A stretch of 64,000 nucleotides of DNA, taken from contig JACKHG010000005.1 of assembly GCA_020639115.1 (NCBI GenBank), positions 114,071 through 178,070 of the forward strand, written 5' to 3'. This document shows, piece after piece, positions 29,282-37,737 of the stretch. How positions within the stretch are numbered: position 1 is the first letter of the stretch; each line of letters opens with the position of its first letter. The notes below the pieces were generated by a model that worked only from the letters and a program-made list of their open reading frames with translations, was not told the origin of the DNA and made no database searches. The stretch is from Phycisphaerales bacterium. GTDB taxonomy: Bacteria > Planctomycetota > Phycisphaerae > UBA1845. Position numbers and translations under genes: made by a program.

Positions 29282-29847
29282 GCCAGCCCGTCCGTCAGCT
29301 CTGCCCACTGCTGCTTCAGCTTCGCCAGCACCCGCGACTTGGCCACGTAGATCTGATTGGCTGTCATTCCCAGCGATTCGCCGATCTCCCGCACCGACCG
29401 CTCCTCCAGCACGTACATCTCGAACGCCCGGAATGTCATCGGCGCCACCTCGTGCCGGATCCGACTCAGACAATACAACAGATGCGTCCGGTTCCACTCC
29501 CGCTCCCACGAAAGCCCCGGCTCCTCCTCCCGCTGCTGCTCCCGCGCAAAATCCACCGTCCGCGCCCGCACCTCCCGCCCGTGCTTGCGCAACTGGTCGC
29601 TCACCTTGTGCTCGATCATGCCCCGCAGCCAGCCCCGGAAGCTCACCTGCCGGCGGAAACTCTGAATCCCCGTCGCGATCGCCGTCATGCACTGCTGCGC
29701 AACGTCCTCCGACTCCTCCGGCGTCAGCCCGCGCACCACCGCGTACTTCAGCAGCATCGGCCGGTATACCCGGTCGAACTCCTCCCATGACAACGCATCT
29801 TCAGGGTTCTTGATCCGGCTGAGCAGGCTCGTCCGTGTGTCGTCCAC
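29278..29847 (-). CDS. ECF-type RNA polymerase sigma factor
   Basis: Region 2 (FRGWLRGMIEHKV) and region 4 HTH (SVREIGESLGMTANQIYVAKSRVLAKLK). GTG at 29847 with a GGGAGA RBS 5 nt upstream. Confidence 0.85.
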   Translation of the reverse strand: MDDTRTSLLSRIKNPEDALSWEEFDRVYRPMLLKYAVVRGLTPEESEDVAQQCMTAIATGIQSFRRQVSFRGWLRGMIEHKVSDQLRKHGREVRARTVDFAREQQREEEPGLSWEREWNRTHLLYCLSRIRHEVAPMTFRAFEMYVLEERSVREIGESLGMTANQIYVAKSRVLAKLKQQWAELTDGLA

Positions 29848-29892
29848 CAGAGTCTCCCGGCTGACTCGCGCGCAGATTGGTCTTTGCCTTAG

Positions 29893-29901
29893 ATTATAGC
29901 A
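29893..29901 (-). promoter_or_regulatory. extended -10 promoter element TGCTATAAT upstream of the ECF sigma gene
   Basis: The minus strand reads ...gggtgTGCTATAATcta, about 46 nt upstream of the GTG start. The -35 is weak. Confidence 0.4.
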
Positions 29902-30426
29902 CACCCGCCCGCTCCCGCCGAACCCTCAATTCCAATCCCTTTCCCGCGCAGCCAATCAGATGCGCAAGATGGGAGCGCAATATCGGAGCGGGGGGGGCAA
30001 AGCCCCCCGACACCACCGCCCGAAAACCGAGGCCCGCCCGACCCCACCCGCCCCGGCCAAAACTTTTTTTCGATTCCCGTGTAAGAAATACCGCCCGACC
30101 CGCGACTCCAGGGTGGGGTGAGCGAGACAGCCGCCAACCGGCGGCCTATTCGACTCCGCGCGTCGCGAGCGTCCGGGGCGCATACCCGACCTGCGTCCCC
30201 CGCTCCGGCGCCAACCCTGCGCGCCCGACTCCTTCCCAGCCGGCGGCGCATGCGCCAGTGCCTATCCATCAGCTCGCAACTCCTCCGCATGCGCCCGCCG
30301 GCCGGACTCCCCCCGTCAGCGGGCGATTTGCAACGCACGCAGCACCTTGGTATTATTCAACCTGGACATTTAAACCCGGCGAATAACGGGGAAGAGAGAG
30401 ATGCAACCGGAAAGGAGACAATCCCA

Positions 30427-31083
30427 ATGGCATCTCGCATCCTCTTCACCATCGCCGTCGCGTCCTTCGCCGCCACCACCCACGCCGCCACCGTCAGCAT
30501 CCAGTGGCTGACCGACACCGCGTCGCAGACCATCACGACGCCGCCCAACAGCACGGTCACCGCCCAGGTGTCGCTCGACCTGATCGCGGGCGAGTCAACT
30601 GCGGGACTCATCTCGTGGTTTACCGACACCACCCCAGACCTGGAGATCGGCCAGCAGCGCACGAGCGTTCCCGGTTGGCAGACTGGCCAATATCCCGGCG
30701 ACCTCGCCGTCGCCCAATTGGCGTTCGCTGCAGACGTCCCTCTGGAAACTAATCTGAACGGGCCGCTCAGTCTCGTCCTCGGAGAGTTCGACATCATCGT
30801 CTCCGGCTCCCCCGGCACGACGCTGCCGCTCGCGCTCGATGCCTCGGGCTCGCCCTTGGGCCTGATTGATGAGGTTGGTCAGAGCTACACCTGGGATGCC
30901 CGCTACAACACCACCGTGCCGGGCTACGTGGCCTACGGCGATTTCGGAAACCCGGGCTGGGGCCACAACATCAGCTCGGGCCATCAGCCCGACCCCAACC
31001 CCCTGTTCGTCACCGTTTCCCCCGAGCCAGCCTCTGCCCTGCTGCTCGCCTGCGGAGCACTCGCCCTCATGCGCCGACGTTGA
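30427..31083 (+). CDS. PEP-CTERM sorting-domain protein
   Basis: GGAG RBS. Signal peptide MASRILFTIAVASFAATTHA. C-terminus VSPEPASALLLACGALALMRRR. Confidence 0.82.
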   Translation: MASRILFTIAVASFAATTHAATVSIQWLTDTASQTITTPPNSTVTAQVSLDLIAGESTAGLISWFTDTTPDLEIGQQRTSVPGWQTGQYPGDLAVAQLAFAADVPLETNLNGPLSLVLGEFDIIVSGSPGTTLPLALDASGSPLGLIDEVGQSYTWDARYNTTVPGYVAYGDFGNPGWGHNISSGHQPDPNPLFVTVSPEPASALLLACGALALMRRR

Positions 31084-31144
31084 GCCCCCTCGCCCCCCCC
31101 ACGGCGCATGTCCAACCACGCTGGCGTCGGGTACAATCGCCCCC

Positions 31145-31597
31145 GCAGCGAAGCGGGCGGCGGCGATCGCTCGGTGCAGCGCAAGCTGCACCGGGAGGAA
31201 AGTCCGAACTGGACAGGGCACGGTGGTTGGTAACACCAACCCGGCGCAAGCCGCGGGAAAGTGCCACAGAAAAGATACCGCCCTCGACACGCCGCAGCCC
31301 CGACATGGTCGGGGCCGACCGCGCAGCGGGCGGTTCCGCCCAGCGGAACGCGGCGAGTCAAGGGTAAGGGTGAAATGGTGCGGTAAGAGCGCACCGCGCG
31401 ATCGGTGACGGTCGCGGCAGGGTAAACCCCACCGCCAGCAAGCCCAAGCAGCAGCCGCAGGACGGCCCGTCCATTACCGGCTGCGGGTAGGGCGCTCGAG
31501 CCGGCAGGCAACTGCCGGCCCAGATGAATGATCGCCCGCCCGGCGGTCACGCGGTCGCCGGGCGAACAGAATTCGGCTTACCCGCCCGCTTCGCTGC
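31145..31597 (+). ncRNA. rnpB: RNase P RNA, bacterial type A
   Basis: Universal elements GGAGGAAAGTCCGAAC, ACAGGGCA, GGGAAAGTGCCACAGAAA, GGGTAAGGGTGAAATGGTGCGGTAAGAGCGCACC, GGTAAACCCCAC, AGATGAATGATCGCC and ACAGAATTCGGCTTA. P1 pairing is GCAGCGAAGCGGGCGG / CCGCCCGCTTCGCTGC. Confidence 0.92.
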
Positions 31598-31660
31598 CTT
31601 GATACTCCCCCCCCCCGACAACCATGCCTGTGATCTCCCCAACCGTCGCCGGCACGCCCC

Positions 31661-31688
31661 ATTCATCATTCCGCATTCATCATTCATC
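31661..31688. repeat. heptamer array ATTCATC/ATTCCGC x4 (family R1)
   Basis: Direct reading. Overlaps the stop and last codons of the minus-strand gene 31680-32234. Confidence 0.8.
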
Positions 31689-32234
31689 ATTTAGCTTTTC
31701 CCCATCACCCGCCGCCCCCGCGTCCAACCCGACGCCGTAAATCTGCCGCACCATCTCGTCAAAATAACCCGGCACCGGCCGCAGCGTACCATCGTACGCC
31801 GCCCCCTTCCCCTTCTGCGCCAGCGCCGCCAACCGCACCGCCAGGTCCACCCGCCGGCTCGCCGTCTCCGCCCTCCGCTGCTCCGCGATGATCTTCGAAA
31901 CCCGCGTGATCTTCGCCAGCGGCAGCGCATTGACCGCACCCCGCAACGCGTCGAACAGGTCGCAGAGCACGCAGTAATACGCTCCCTGCCCCACCCGATC
32001 GCCTTCACGCGGCGCCTGGTTCAACGCACCCAGCGCATCATTCAGCACCGCCCCCACGAGCTTCAGACACGCCCGGTGCGCCTGCGTCTGCTTCAACGTC
32101 GGACCGCGGCGTGAACGCTTCTCCTCCCGCCCGGTGTGCGCCTCGCACCCCGTCGACTTCCCGTCGCCGCGCGCCGCCGTAGGACCCTGCGCCTCCTGCG
32201 CCTCGACCGGCTCCTCACTGCGTTGCCTGCTCAT
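31680..32234 (-). CDS. hypothetical protein P5 (184 aa): charged disordered N-terminus plus helical core
   Basis: MSRQRSEEPVEAQ...ACLKLVGAVLNDALGALNQ...YYCVLCDLFDALRG. ATGA overlap with the upstream gene. G3-rich codons like other minus-strand host genes here. Confidence 0.7.
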   Translation of the reverse strand: MSRQRSEEPVEAQEAQGPTAARGDGKSTGCEAHTGREEKRSRRGPTLKQTQAHRACLKLVGAVLNDALGALNQAPREGDRVGQGAYYCVLCDLFDALRGAVNALPLAKITRVSKIIAEQRRAETASRRVDLAVRLAALAQKGKGAAYDGTLRPVPGYFDEMVRQIYGVGLDAGAAGDGEKLNDE

Positions 32235-32548
32235 GGGTTCATCGCCGGATCGTCGATCAGGTGGTCCGCCAGCTCCACGCCCCGGCTCGTCAACCGGAAC
32301 CACCGCTGCCGCCACGGCGTCAACCGCTCGTCCGCCTCACGCTCCGCCACCACCCGCTGGAGATATCCCTTCTCGCACAGGTACGCCAGGTCCCGCCGGA
32401 AATACTCCCACTCCAGCGCCGGAAACAAGCCCAGCAGGCTGCGCATGAGCTGCTCAGCCGGCAACGCCGTCGGATACAGCATCTTCAGCGCCACCACCGC
32501 CTCGTTGCGGATGCTCTTGATCTCCCGCGCCGTTCGCCCGTTCGCCAT
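32231..32548 (-). CDS. hypothetical protein P4 (105 aa), winged-helix-like
   Basis: MANGRTAREIKSIRNEAVVALKMLYP...EWEYFRRDLAYLCEKGYLQRV. Its ATG shares 1 nt with the upstream stop (TGATG). Confidence 0.7.
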   Translation of the reverse strand: MANGRTAREIKSIRNEAVVALKMLYPTALPAEQLMRSLLGLFPALEWEYFRRDLAYLCEKGYLQRVVAEREADERLTPWRQRWFRLTSRGVELADHLIDDPAMNP

Positions 32549-32886
32549 CACTCCCGCTCCTTTCCCCCCGCGCCGCGCACCCGCGGCTCCCACCGCGCGT
32601 CCGCCTGCAACTCCGTCACCAGCGCCGCCATCTGCTCGATCCGGCCCCGCGCCCACATGCTCTCCCGCAACCATTCCTCCTTCGTCGCGTAGTCCCGCCG
32701 CACCTCCGTCACCTCGTCGCGCAACCGCTCCATTGTGGATTCCACAATCGCCGCCCGCGCCCCCGCCTCGGCCCGCGCCGCCCGCAACTGCTCCCGCAGG
32801 CCCTTCACGTACAGCACCAGCATCGCCAGCGGCGCCCCCGCGACGGCGGCCAGCACCCCGGCGTCGTATCCCGCGCCCGCGACCAT
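32548..32886 (-). CDS. hypothetical protein P3 (112 aa): N-terminal TM helix plus coiled coil
   Basis: MVAGAGYDAGVLAAVAGAPLAMLVLYV followed by heptad-like LREQLRAARAE...RRDYATKEEWLRE. The ATG at 32886 (or GTG at 32889) overlaps the upstream stop. Confidence 0.7.
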   Translation of the reverse strand: MVAGAGYDAGVLAAVAGAPLAMLVLYVKGLREQLRAARAEAGARAAIVESTMERLRDEVTEVRRDYATKEEWLRESMWARGRIEQMAALVTELQADARWEPRVRGAGGKERE

Positions 32887-33152
32887 CACGCCGGCCCCCG
32901 CCCCGCGAGCACCACGTCCAGCACCTGCCCCACCAGGTCCAGAAAACCCCGCACGGTCACCGCCTCGACCCGGCCTGCCGCGAGCTCCTGCCGGAAACGC
33001 TGCATCACCGCGTCGTCCGCGAGCCGCCGCACCGCCGTCTCCCGCGGCGGCCCACTTAAGACTTCCCCAATCGCGTCCTCACCGCCCGCCACGCCGGGAA
33101 CCGCTCCGTCCAACCGGCTCAACAACGCGTCCAACTCCGCCAGCGCACTCAT
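32886..33152 (-). CDS. hypothetical protein P2 (88 aa), acidic and helical
   Basis: MSALAELDALLSRLDG...VMQRFRQELAAGRVEAV. ATGA overlap with the upstream gene. Confidence 0.65.
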   Translation of the reverse strand: MSALAELDALLSRLDGAVPGVAGGEDAIGEVLSGPPRETAVRRLADDAVMQRFRQELAAGRVEAVTVRGFLDLVGQVLDVVLAGRGPA

Positions 33153-33700
33153 GACCTGCCCTCCTCCGCACTTCCCGTCACCATGCTCCGCCCGACCGCA
33201 GGCTCCGCCGCCTGCCCAGCCGCCTCACCCGCCTGCGCGTCGCGCCGCGCCTCCAACACCCGCCGCAGGTACGCCCGCGCCTCCTCGTCCAGCGCCAGAC
33301 CCTCCAGCGCAAAGCCCCGCAGATCCCGCGCCACCTCCTGCGCCAACCCCACGTTCTCCCGCGCCGCGTCGTACCGCGCCCACGCCACCCGCCGATCCGC
33401 ACGCACCCGCGCCAGCGCCGCCCCGAACGCATCCGCGTGCGCCGCCATCGCCGCGTCGTCCGCATGATCCCGACGCGTCCGCGCAACAAAGGCCGCCACC
33501 ACCGCCTGCTCGCGACCGTCATCCGCCCGCTCCAGATCCTCCCGGTACTCCGCGAGCGCCCGCCCCAACTCGCCCGCGAGCGCATCCAACGCGTCAGCCG
33601 CCGCCAGCTCCACCCGCGCCCGCCCGGCGCAGCCCAACGCTTCAGACCCCAACACACCCGCCACGACCACCGCCAACCATCTCGTCCGCCCCGTTCTCAT
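33149..33700 (-). CDS. hypothetical lipoprotein P1 (183 aa), all-helical and A/R/D/E-rich
   Basis: MRTGRTRWLAVVVAGVLGSEALGC lipobox. GGAGGG RBS 4 nt before the ATG at 33700. Confidence 0.65.
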   Translation of the reverse strand: MRTGRTRWLAVVVAGVLGSEALGCAGRARVELAAADALDALAGELGRALAEYREDLERADDGREQAVVAAFVARTRRDHADDAAMAAHADAFGAALARVRADRRVAWARYDAARENVGLAQEVARDLRGFALEGLALDEEARAYLRRVLEARRDAQAGEAAGQAAEPAVGRSMVTGSAEEGRS

Positions 33701-33883
33701 CGCACCCTCCATTCCCCGCGGGCAGCATCGCCCCCAACACGCAACAGCACCCCTACTACTTGACGGGCGCTTCACGTCTGCCACGGTCCTGCGCGAGAAA
33801 CCTCCCAAAAAACTCCGCCTCCCCCCGCTCCGCCCCGTCTGCTATCATGTCTCCCGCCCCAATGGAGCCCTCGGACCCGCAGC

Positions 33884-34849
33884 ATGCCCGCCCCCGACCC
33901 CCAATCACCCGACGCCCAAACACCCGACGCCCTGATGCCCGACGCCCCAACACCCGCAGACCAAGCCCCCGACGCCCAGGCGCCAACCACCGCGGCCGAC
34001 GGCGTGCCCGCAGACGTCCCGCCCGATCAGCTCCTCTGCCCCGCCTGCGACTACCGCCTCTACGGTCTCCGCGAACCCCGCTGCCCCGAGTGCGGTACCG
34101 CCTTCACCTGGGACGACGTCCGCTCCGCCGCACGCGCCGGCTCGGACATGTTCGAGCACCGCTTCCGCACCCAACCCCTCCGCTCCCTCCTGCGCACCTG
34201 GTACCGCGCCGCCTTCTGGCCCGAACGCGTCTGGCAGCGCCTCCGCGCCCTCAACCGCCCCGTTGCCCTCCCCCTCATCCTCTTCATCGCCCTCCAGGTC
34301 GTCGTCTTCACCCACGGCTACGAAGCCGTCGCCCGCGGAATCGAACCCGCCATGAACCACGTCAGCCGCTGGATGAGCGGCGCGCACGCCACCCCCCTTT
34401 GGGTATTCACCTACCGCATGGCCGTCGACTTCGACTTCTTCCCGCGCATGCTCGCCTGGTACGTGTTTACCCTCACGTTCATGCTCATCCTCGGCCGGTC
34501 CGCCTCCTACGCCGGCAGCTACTGGCGCCACGTCCTGCGCATCTACGCCCACGCCACCGCCTTCGCCGCCCTCTGCCCCGCCATCTGGTGCCTCCTCGAA
34601 GCCTGCGTCGACGCCAGCCTCTTCTTCCGCACGCCGGGCGCCGGCGCCCCCTTCACCCTCCCCTTCAACCCCCGCGCCTACTACTACCTCGCCCAGGGCA
34701 TCTTCGTCGTCGCCGTACTCGTCACCTGGTACCACCTCCGCATCGCCTACCGCGACTACCTCCACGTCCGCTACGCCGCCTTCGCAGCCGGCCTCGTCAT
34801 GCTCTCGGGCTACATCTTCGCCGACCTCACCCTCACCGTGATGCTGTAA
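33884..34849 (+). CDS. polytopic membrane protein with N-terminal zinc ribbon (CPACDYRLYGLREPRCPECG)
   Basis: P/A/D-rich leader, then the CxxCxYxLxGx5CPECG motif, then at least 5 TM helices. Divergent from the P1-P5 operon. Confidence 0.72.
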   Translation: MPAPDPQSPDAQTPDALMPDAPTPADQAPDAQAPTTAADGVPADVPPDQLLCPACDYRLYGLREPRCPECGTAFTWDDVRSAARAGSDMFEHRFRTQPLRSLLRTWYRAAFWPERVWQRLRALNRPVALPLILFIALQVVVFTHGYEAVARGIEPAMNHVSRWMSGAHATPLWVFTYRMAVDFDFFPRMLAWYVFTLTFMLILGRSASYAGSYWRHVLRIYAHATAFAALCPAIWCLLEACVDASLFFRTPGAGAPFTLPFNPRAYYYLAQGIFVVAVLVTWYHLRIAYRDYLHVRYAAFAAGLVMLSGYIFADLTLTVML

Positions 34850-34957
34850 CCGCCCGCGCCCCGCCCCCCGCGGAAATCCTGCGGCCTTCACCCGTCAATT
34901 TCCGATAAACACGCGTCAATCCGCGCGCCGATCGGATCGCCGCGCCAGGAGCCGTGC

Positions 34958-36187
34958 ATGCGTATCGCCGCCTTCCAACGCCGCCGCTGGCCCGCCGCCG
35001 TCAAGGCGGCTGGCTACGACTGCGTCACCCTTCCCGCGCCCCCCAACAGCGCGTACTTCCAGGCGACGCTCGACGACCTCATCGCCCACGGCCGCTACGT
35101 CCGCGACCTGCTCGAAGCCGAGCCCGTCGACCTCATCGTCGACGCCCACGGCGACGGCATGCTCTTCGTCGACGACCCGCGCGAACGCGGCCGCGACGCC
35201 CTGCTGCACCACCACCTGGGCGTCCCGCTCTTCTCGCACTTCAGCGAGACCCTGCGCATCCTGTTTCGGCGCATCGAACCCGCGCTGCTCTTCGAGATGC
35301 TCCAGAGCCCCACCTGGCACAAGGGCCTCTTCGTCCGCGCCCACGTGGCCGAGATGGCGTTTTTTGGTATTCCCAACTGCTGCTACCTGCCCCTCGCCGC
35401 CGACGACGACCTCTACCCCACGCAACCGCCCGACGTCGACCACGCCGGGCCGCTCGTCTTCTTCGCCGGGCACCAGCAGTCCCGCTACTTCGCCCACGCC
35501 GACGGCGCCGACACGCGCCTGCAGCGCAGCGGAGCGCTCGCCCTCGCCGCCGTCGCGGACGCGTCCGCGGGCAGCTTCCTCGAGGCCTACCGCTGCTACG
35601 CCCTCGGACCCGAACCGGCGCCCGACGCGCCGCCCGCGGACCGCGCCGAGTGCGCCCGCCGCTACTACGCCCACAAGCTCTTCTACACCGCGGCCCGCAA
35701 CCTCGGCACCCGCGACCGCTTCGTCGTCCGCCTCGCCCGGCAGCTCGGCGACCGCTTCCTGCTGGTCGGCGACGAGCGCTGGCAATCCCAGTACGGGCTC
35801 GAGCCCACGCCGCGCCTCGCCGACGACGACTACTACCGCCGCCTGCGCACCACCCCGCTGTGCCTCAACGTCGTCAACGGCGACAACGACACCGGCCTCA
35901 ACCTCCGCCCCTTCGAAATCACCGCTTGGGGCGGACTGTTGCTCCACTACCACCAACCCGAACTGCCCGAACTCTTCGACATCGGCGAGGAGTGCGTCTC
36001 CTTCCGCAACGAGGCGGAACTGTTCGACCGCATCCGCCACCTCGCGGAAAACCCCCGCCAGCGCGACGAAATCGCCCGCGCCGGCCAGGAACGCACCCTC
36101 CGCGAACACCTGCTCCACCACCGCCTCGCCACCATCCTCGACCAGGTATTCCAGGAGACCCGCGTTGAAAGCTGCCAGCCAAGCTGA
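34958..36187 (+). CDS. CgeB-family glycosyltransferase-like protein (DUF3880 / Glyco_trans_1_2)
   Basis: C-terminal ...FEITAWGGLLLHYHQPELPELFDIGEECVSFRNEAELFDRIRHLAENPRQRDEIARAGQERTL, typical of CgeB-like proteins. Confidence 0.72.
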   Translation: MRIAAFQRRRWPAAVKAAGYDCVTLPAPPNSAYFQATLDDLIAHGRYVRDLLEAEPVDLIVDAHGDGMLFVDDPRERGRDALLHHHLGVPLFSHFSETLRILFRRIEPALLFEMLQSPTWHKGLFVRAHVAEMAFFGIPNCCYLPLAADDDLYPTQPPDVDHAGPLVFFAGHQQSRYFAHADGADTRLQRSGALALAAVADASAGSFLEAYRCYALGPEPAPDAPPADRAECARRYYAHKLFYTAARNLGTRDRFVVRLARQLGDRFLLVGDERWQSQYGLEPTPRLADDDYYRRLRTTPLCLNVVNGDNDTGLNLRPFEITAWGGLLLHYHQPELPELFDIGEECVSFRNEAELFDRIRHLAENPRQRDEIARAGQERTLREHLLHHRLATILDQVFQETRVESCQPS

Positions 36188-36836
36188 CCGCACCTTCGAC
36201 ACCACCAACAAGTGGGAGGACTGCAAACGCCTCTGCCGCGCGCCCCGCGTCGTCCTCGACTGCGGCGCCAACCGCGGCCAGGCCGCGCGCAACCTCCGCG
36301 AGGCCTACCCCCACGCGCGCCTCTTCTGCTTCGAACCCGTCTCTTCGGTGATTCCCCACCTCGAACCGGTCGCCCGCGAGCTGAACGCCGAGATCGTCGA
36401 GGCCGCGGTGAGCAACCGCACCGGAACCGCCGAGATCAACCTCACCGAGTCGCACGAGTCCAACTCGCTGCTCGGCTTCCTCGCGGACAACAACCCCCTG
36501 GAGAAATACCACCGCGTCCGCGGCACCGAACAGGTCCGCACCTGGCGGCTCGACGACTGGTGCGCCCAAGCCGGCGTAGCCCCGGCTGAGGTGGATGTGA
36601 TCAAGCTGGACGTGCAGGGCGCCGAGCTCATGGCCCTCGACGGCGCCACCCAGATCCTCGCCCACGTCCGCGTGGTGATGCTCGAGGTCGCCTTCGTCCC
36701 CTACTACGCCGCCTGCCCCCTCGACACCGACGTCCACGCGTACATGCGCGCCCGCGGCTTCACCCGCCGGCACCTCTACGCAGCCCCCATGCCCGAAATC
36801 TGGGCCGACGCCATCTACACCCCCTCCGCGTTCTGA
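36165..36836 (+). CDS. FkbM-family methyltransferase
   Basis: VVLDCGANRGQAARNL (SAM motif I) ...VIKLDVQGAELMALDGA. The start is provisional (TTG at 36165, overlapping the end of the previous gene). Confidence 0.78.
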   Translation: MKAASQADRTFDTTNKWEDCKRLCRAPRVVLDCGANRGQAARNLREAYPHARLFCFEPVSSVIPHLEPVARELNAEIVEAAVSNRTGTAEINLTESHESNSLLGFLADNNPLEKYHRVRGTEQVRTWRLDDWCAQAGVAPAEVDVIKLDVQGAELMALDGATQILAHVRVVMLEVAFVPYYAACPLDTDVHAYMRARGFTRRHLYAAPMPEIWADAIYTPSAF

Positions 36837-36940
36837 GCGAAATGCGGCGTGCCGCTGCTCATGTGGTGTGCCCCTGCTGATGCGGTGTGCCCCTGCTCTC
36901 GAGCAGTGCCCGACATCCGGTCCGCGCAGGGCGCCGCCAA

Positions 36941-36991
36941 GCCGGAGGGTATCTGCGTTTTGCCGAATCTCGGCATTTTCACGCGTAATCC
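36941..36991 (-). repeat. ~50-nt element X, copy 1 (inverted relative to copy 2)
   Basis: The reverse complement GGATTACGCGTGAAAATGCCGAGATTCGGCAAAACGCAGATACCCTCCGGC aligns by eye with 37393-37444 and 44473-44524. Confidence 0.55.
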
Positions 36992-37172
36992 CTTGTCCTC
37001 AAAGGACTTGGTATTCGCGCCGCGAGTGCGCTCGTGTGTGCGCTGGACCGACGGCTGCGGGGCTCACACAGAGCCGCTGCGCACGCCGAGACGGCAATCA
37101 TGGATTCGGAACAGAAGAAAACAGAGAGAACGGAGAACGGCGGGTTGGGGAGTGGCGAACAGCGGGCCGGGT

Positions 37173-37214
37173 GTCGCAGGTCGCAGGTCAAAGGTCGCAG
37201 GTCTCAGGTCGGGA
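37173..37214. repeat. heptamer array GTCGCAG-type x6
   Basis: gtcgcag gtcgcag gtcaaag gtcgcag gtctcag gtcggga. This is the inverse orientation of the array at 44742-44797. Confidence 0.8.
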
Positions 37215-37392
37215 GAACCCCGAATGAACGTCGGGAGAACCGCGAATGAACGCGAACAACGCGAAGAACGGCGTTTCTTGAATGACCTCTCTCCGTGAGC
37301 TCTGCGTCCCTGCGTGAGACCGGCTGCCCGCTGCCGGGCGACTGCGCAAACTGCGCATTCGCCGCGTGAGCCCTAACTGCAGTGCGGCAGAG

Positions 37393-37444
37393 GGTTTACA
37401 GTTGAAATTGCCGATTTCCTGGCAAAGTGACATATCCCCCGGGG
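37393..37444 (+). repeat. ~50-nt element X, copy 2
   Basis: GGTTTACAGTTGAAATTGCCGATTTCCTGGCAAAGTGACATATCCCCCGGGG. Confidence 0.55.
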
Positions 37445-37695
37445 GGGCGGAGTCTGGAGGCACTCAGTCCGGAGTCCGGAGGCGCGCGGCCCGCAGGTGG
37501 CCGTGGCCGGTCCGCGGGTGGCTCAGCCGGAGACGCGGAGCCGCTGAGGCAAGTTCTCCCAAGCGAGGCAGCCGTTCTCCGTTTCCTCAGTTAACTCCTG
37601 TTCTGCATTGATCGCCACAAAGCGCGATGAATCCTCCACCAGACCACACCCACTGGGCGCCATTTCCCCTCCGCCCCAGCGAACTCCTACCGATC

Positions 37696-37737
37696 CTATT
37701 TAATAACTAAGAGTATTAGTAGATATGTAGTGGTATA
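37696..37737. other. 42-nt AT-rich patch (~26% GC) in a ~70% GC context
   Basis: ctatttaataactaagagtattagtagatatgtagtggtata, counted by hand. Confidence 0.8.

Noticed and set aside
30118-30426. The upstream 103-codon extension of the PEP-CTERM ORF, and the similar 5' extensions of ORFs at 2454-3833, 3965, 12623-14152, 28091-29788, 31680-32315, 33149-33808, 44847-46214, 46103 and 52483.
   Set aside because: The extensions are low-complexity R/P/A-rich, lack an RBS, or overlap the upstream gene. Internal starts give proper signal peptides, RBS spacing or coupled junctions.
31680-33808. Annotating the five-gene operon as a prophage remnant.
   Set aside because: There is no integrase, terminase, capsid or tail gene, no att-like repeat nearby, and the composition is host-like. 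Phage ancestry is kept only as one hypothesis.
37696-37737. The AT-rich patch as a dif (XerC/D) site.
   Set aside because: Alignment to the dif consensus is poor (about 6 of 11 in the better arm), and the skew polarity is the opposite of that expected at a terminus.
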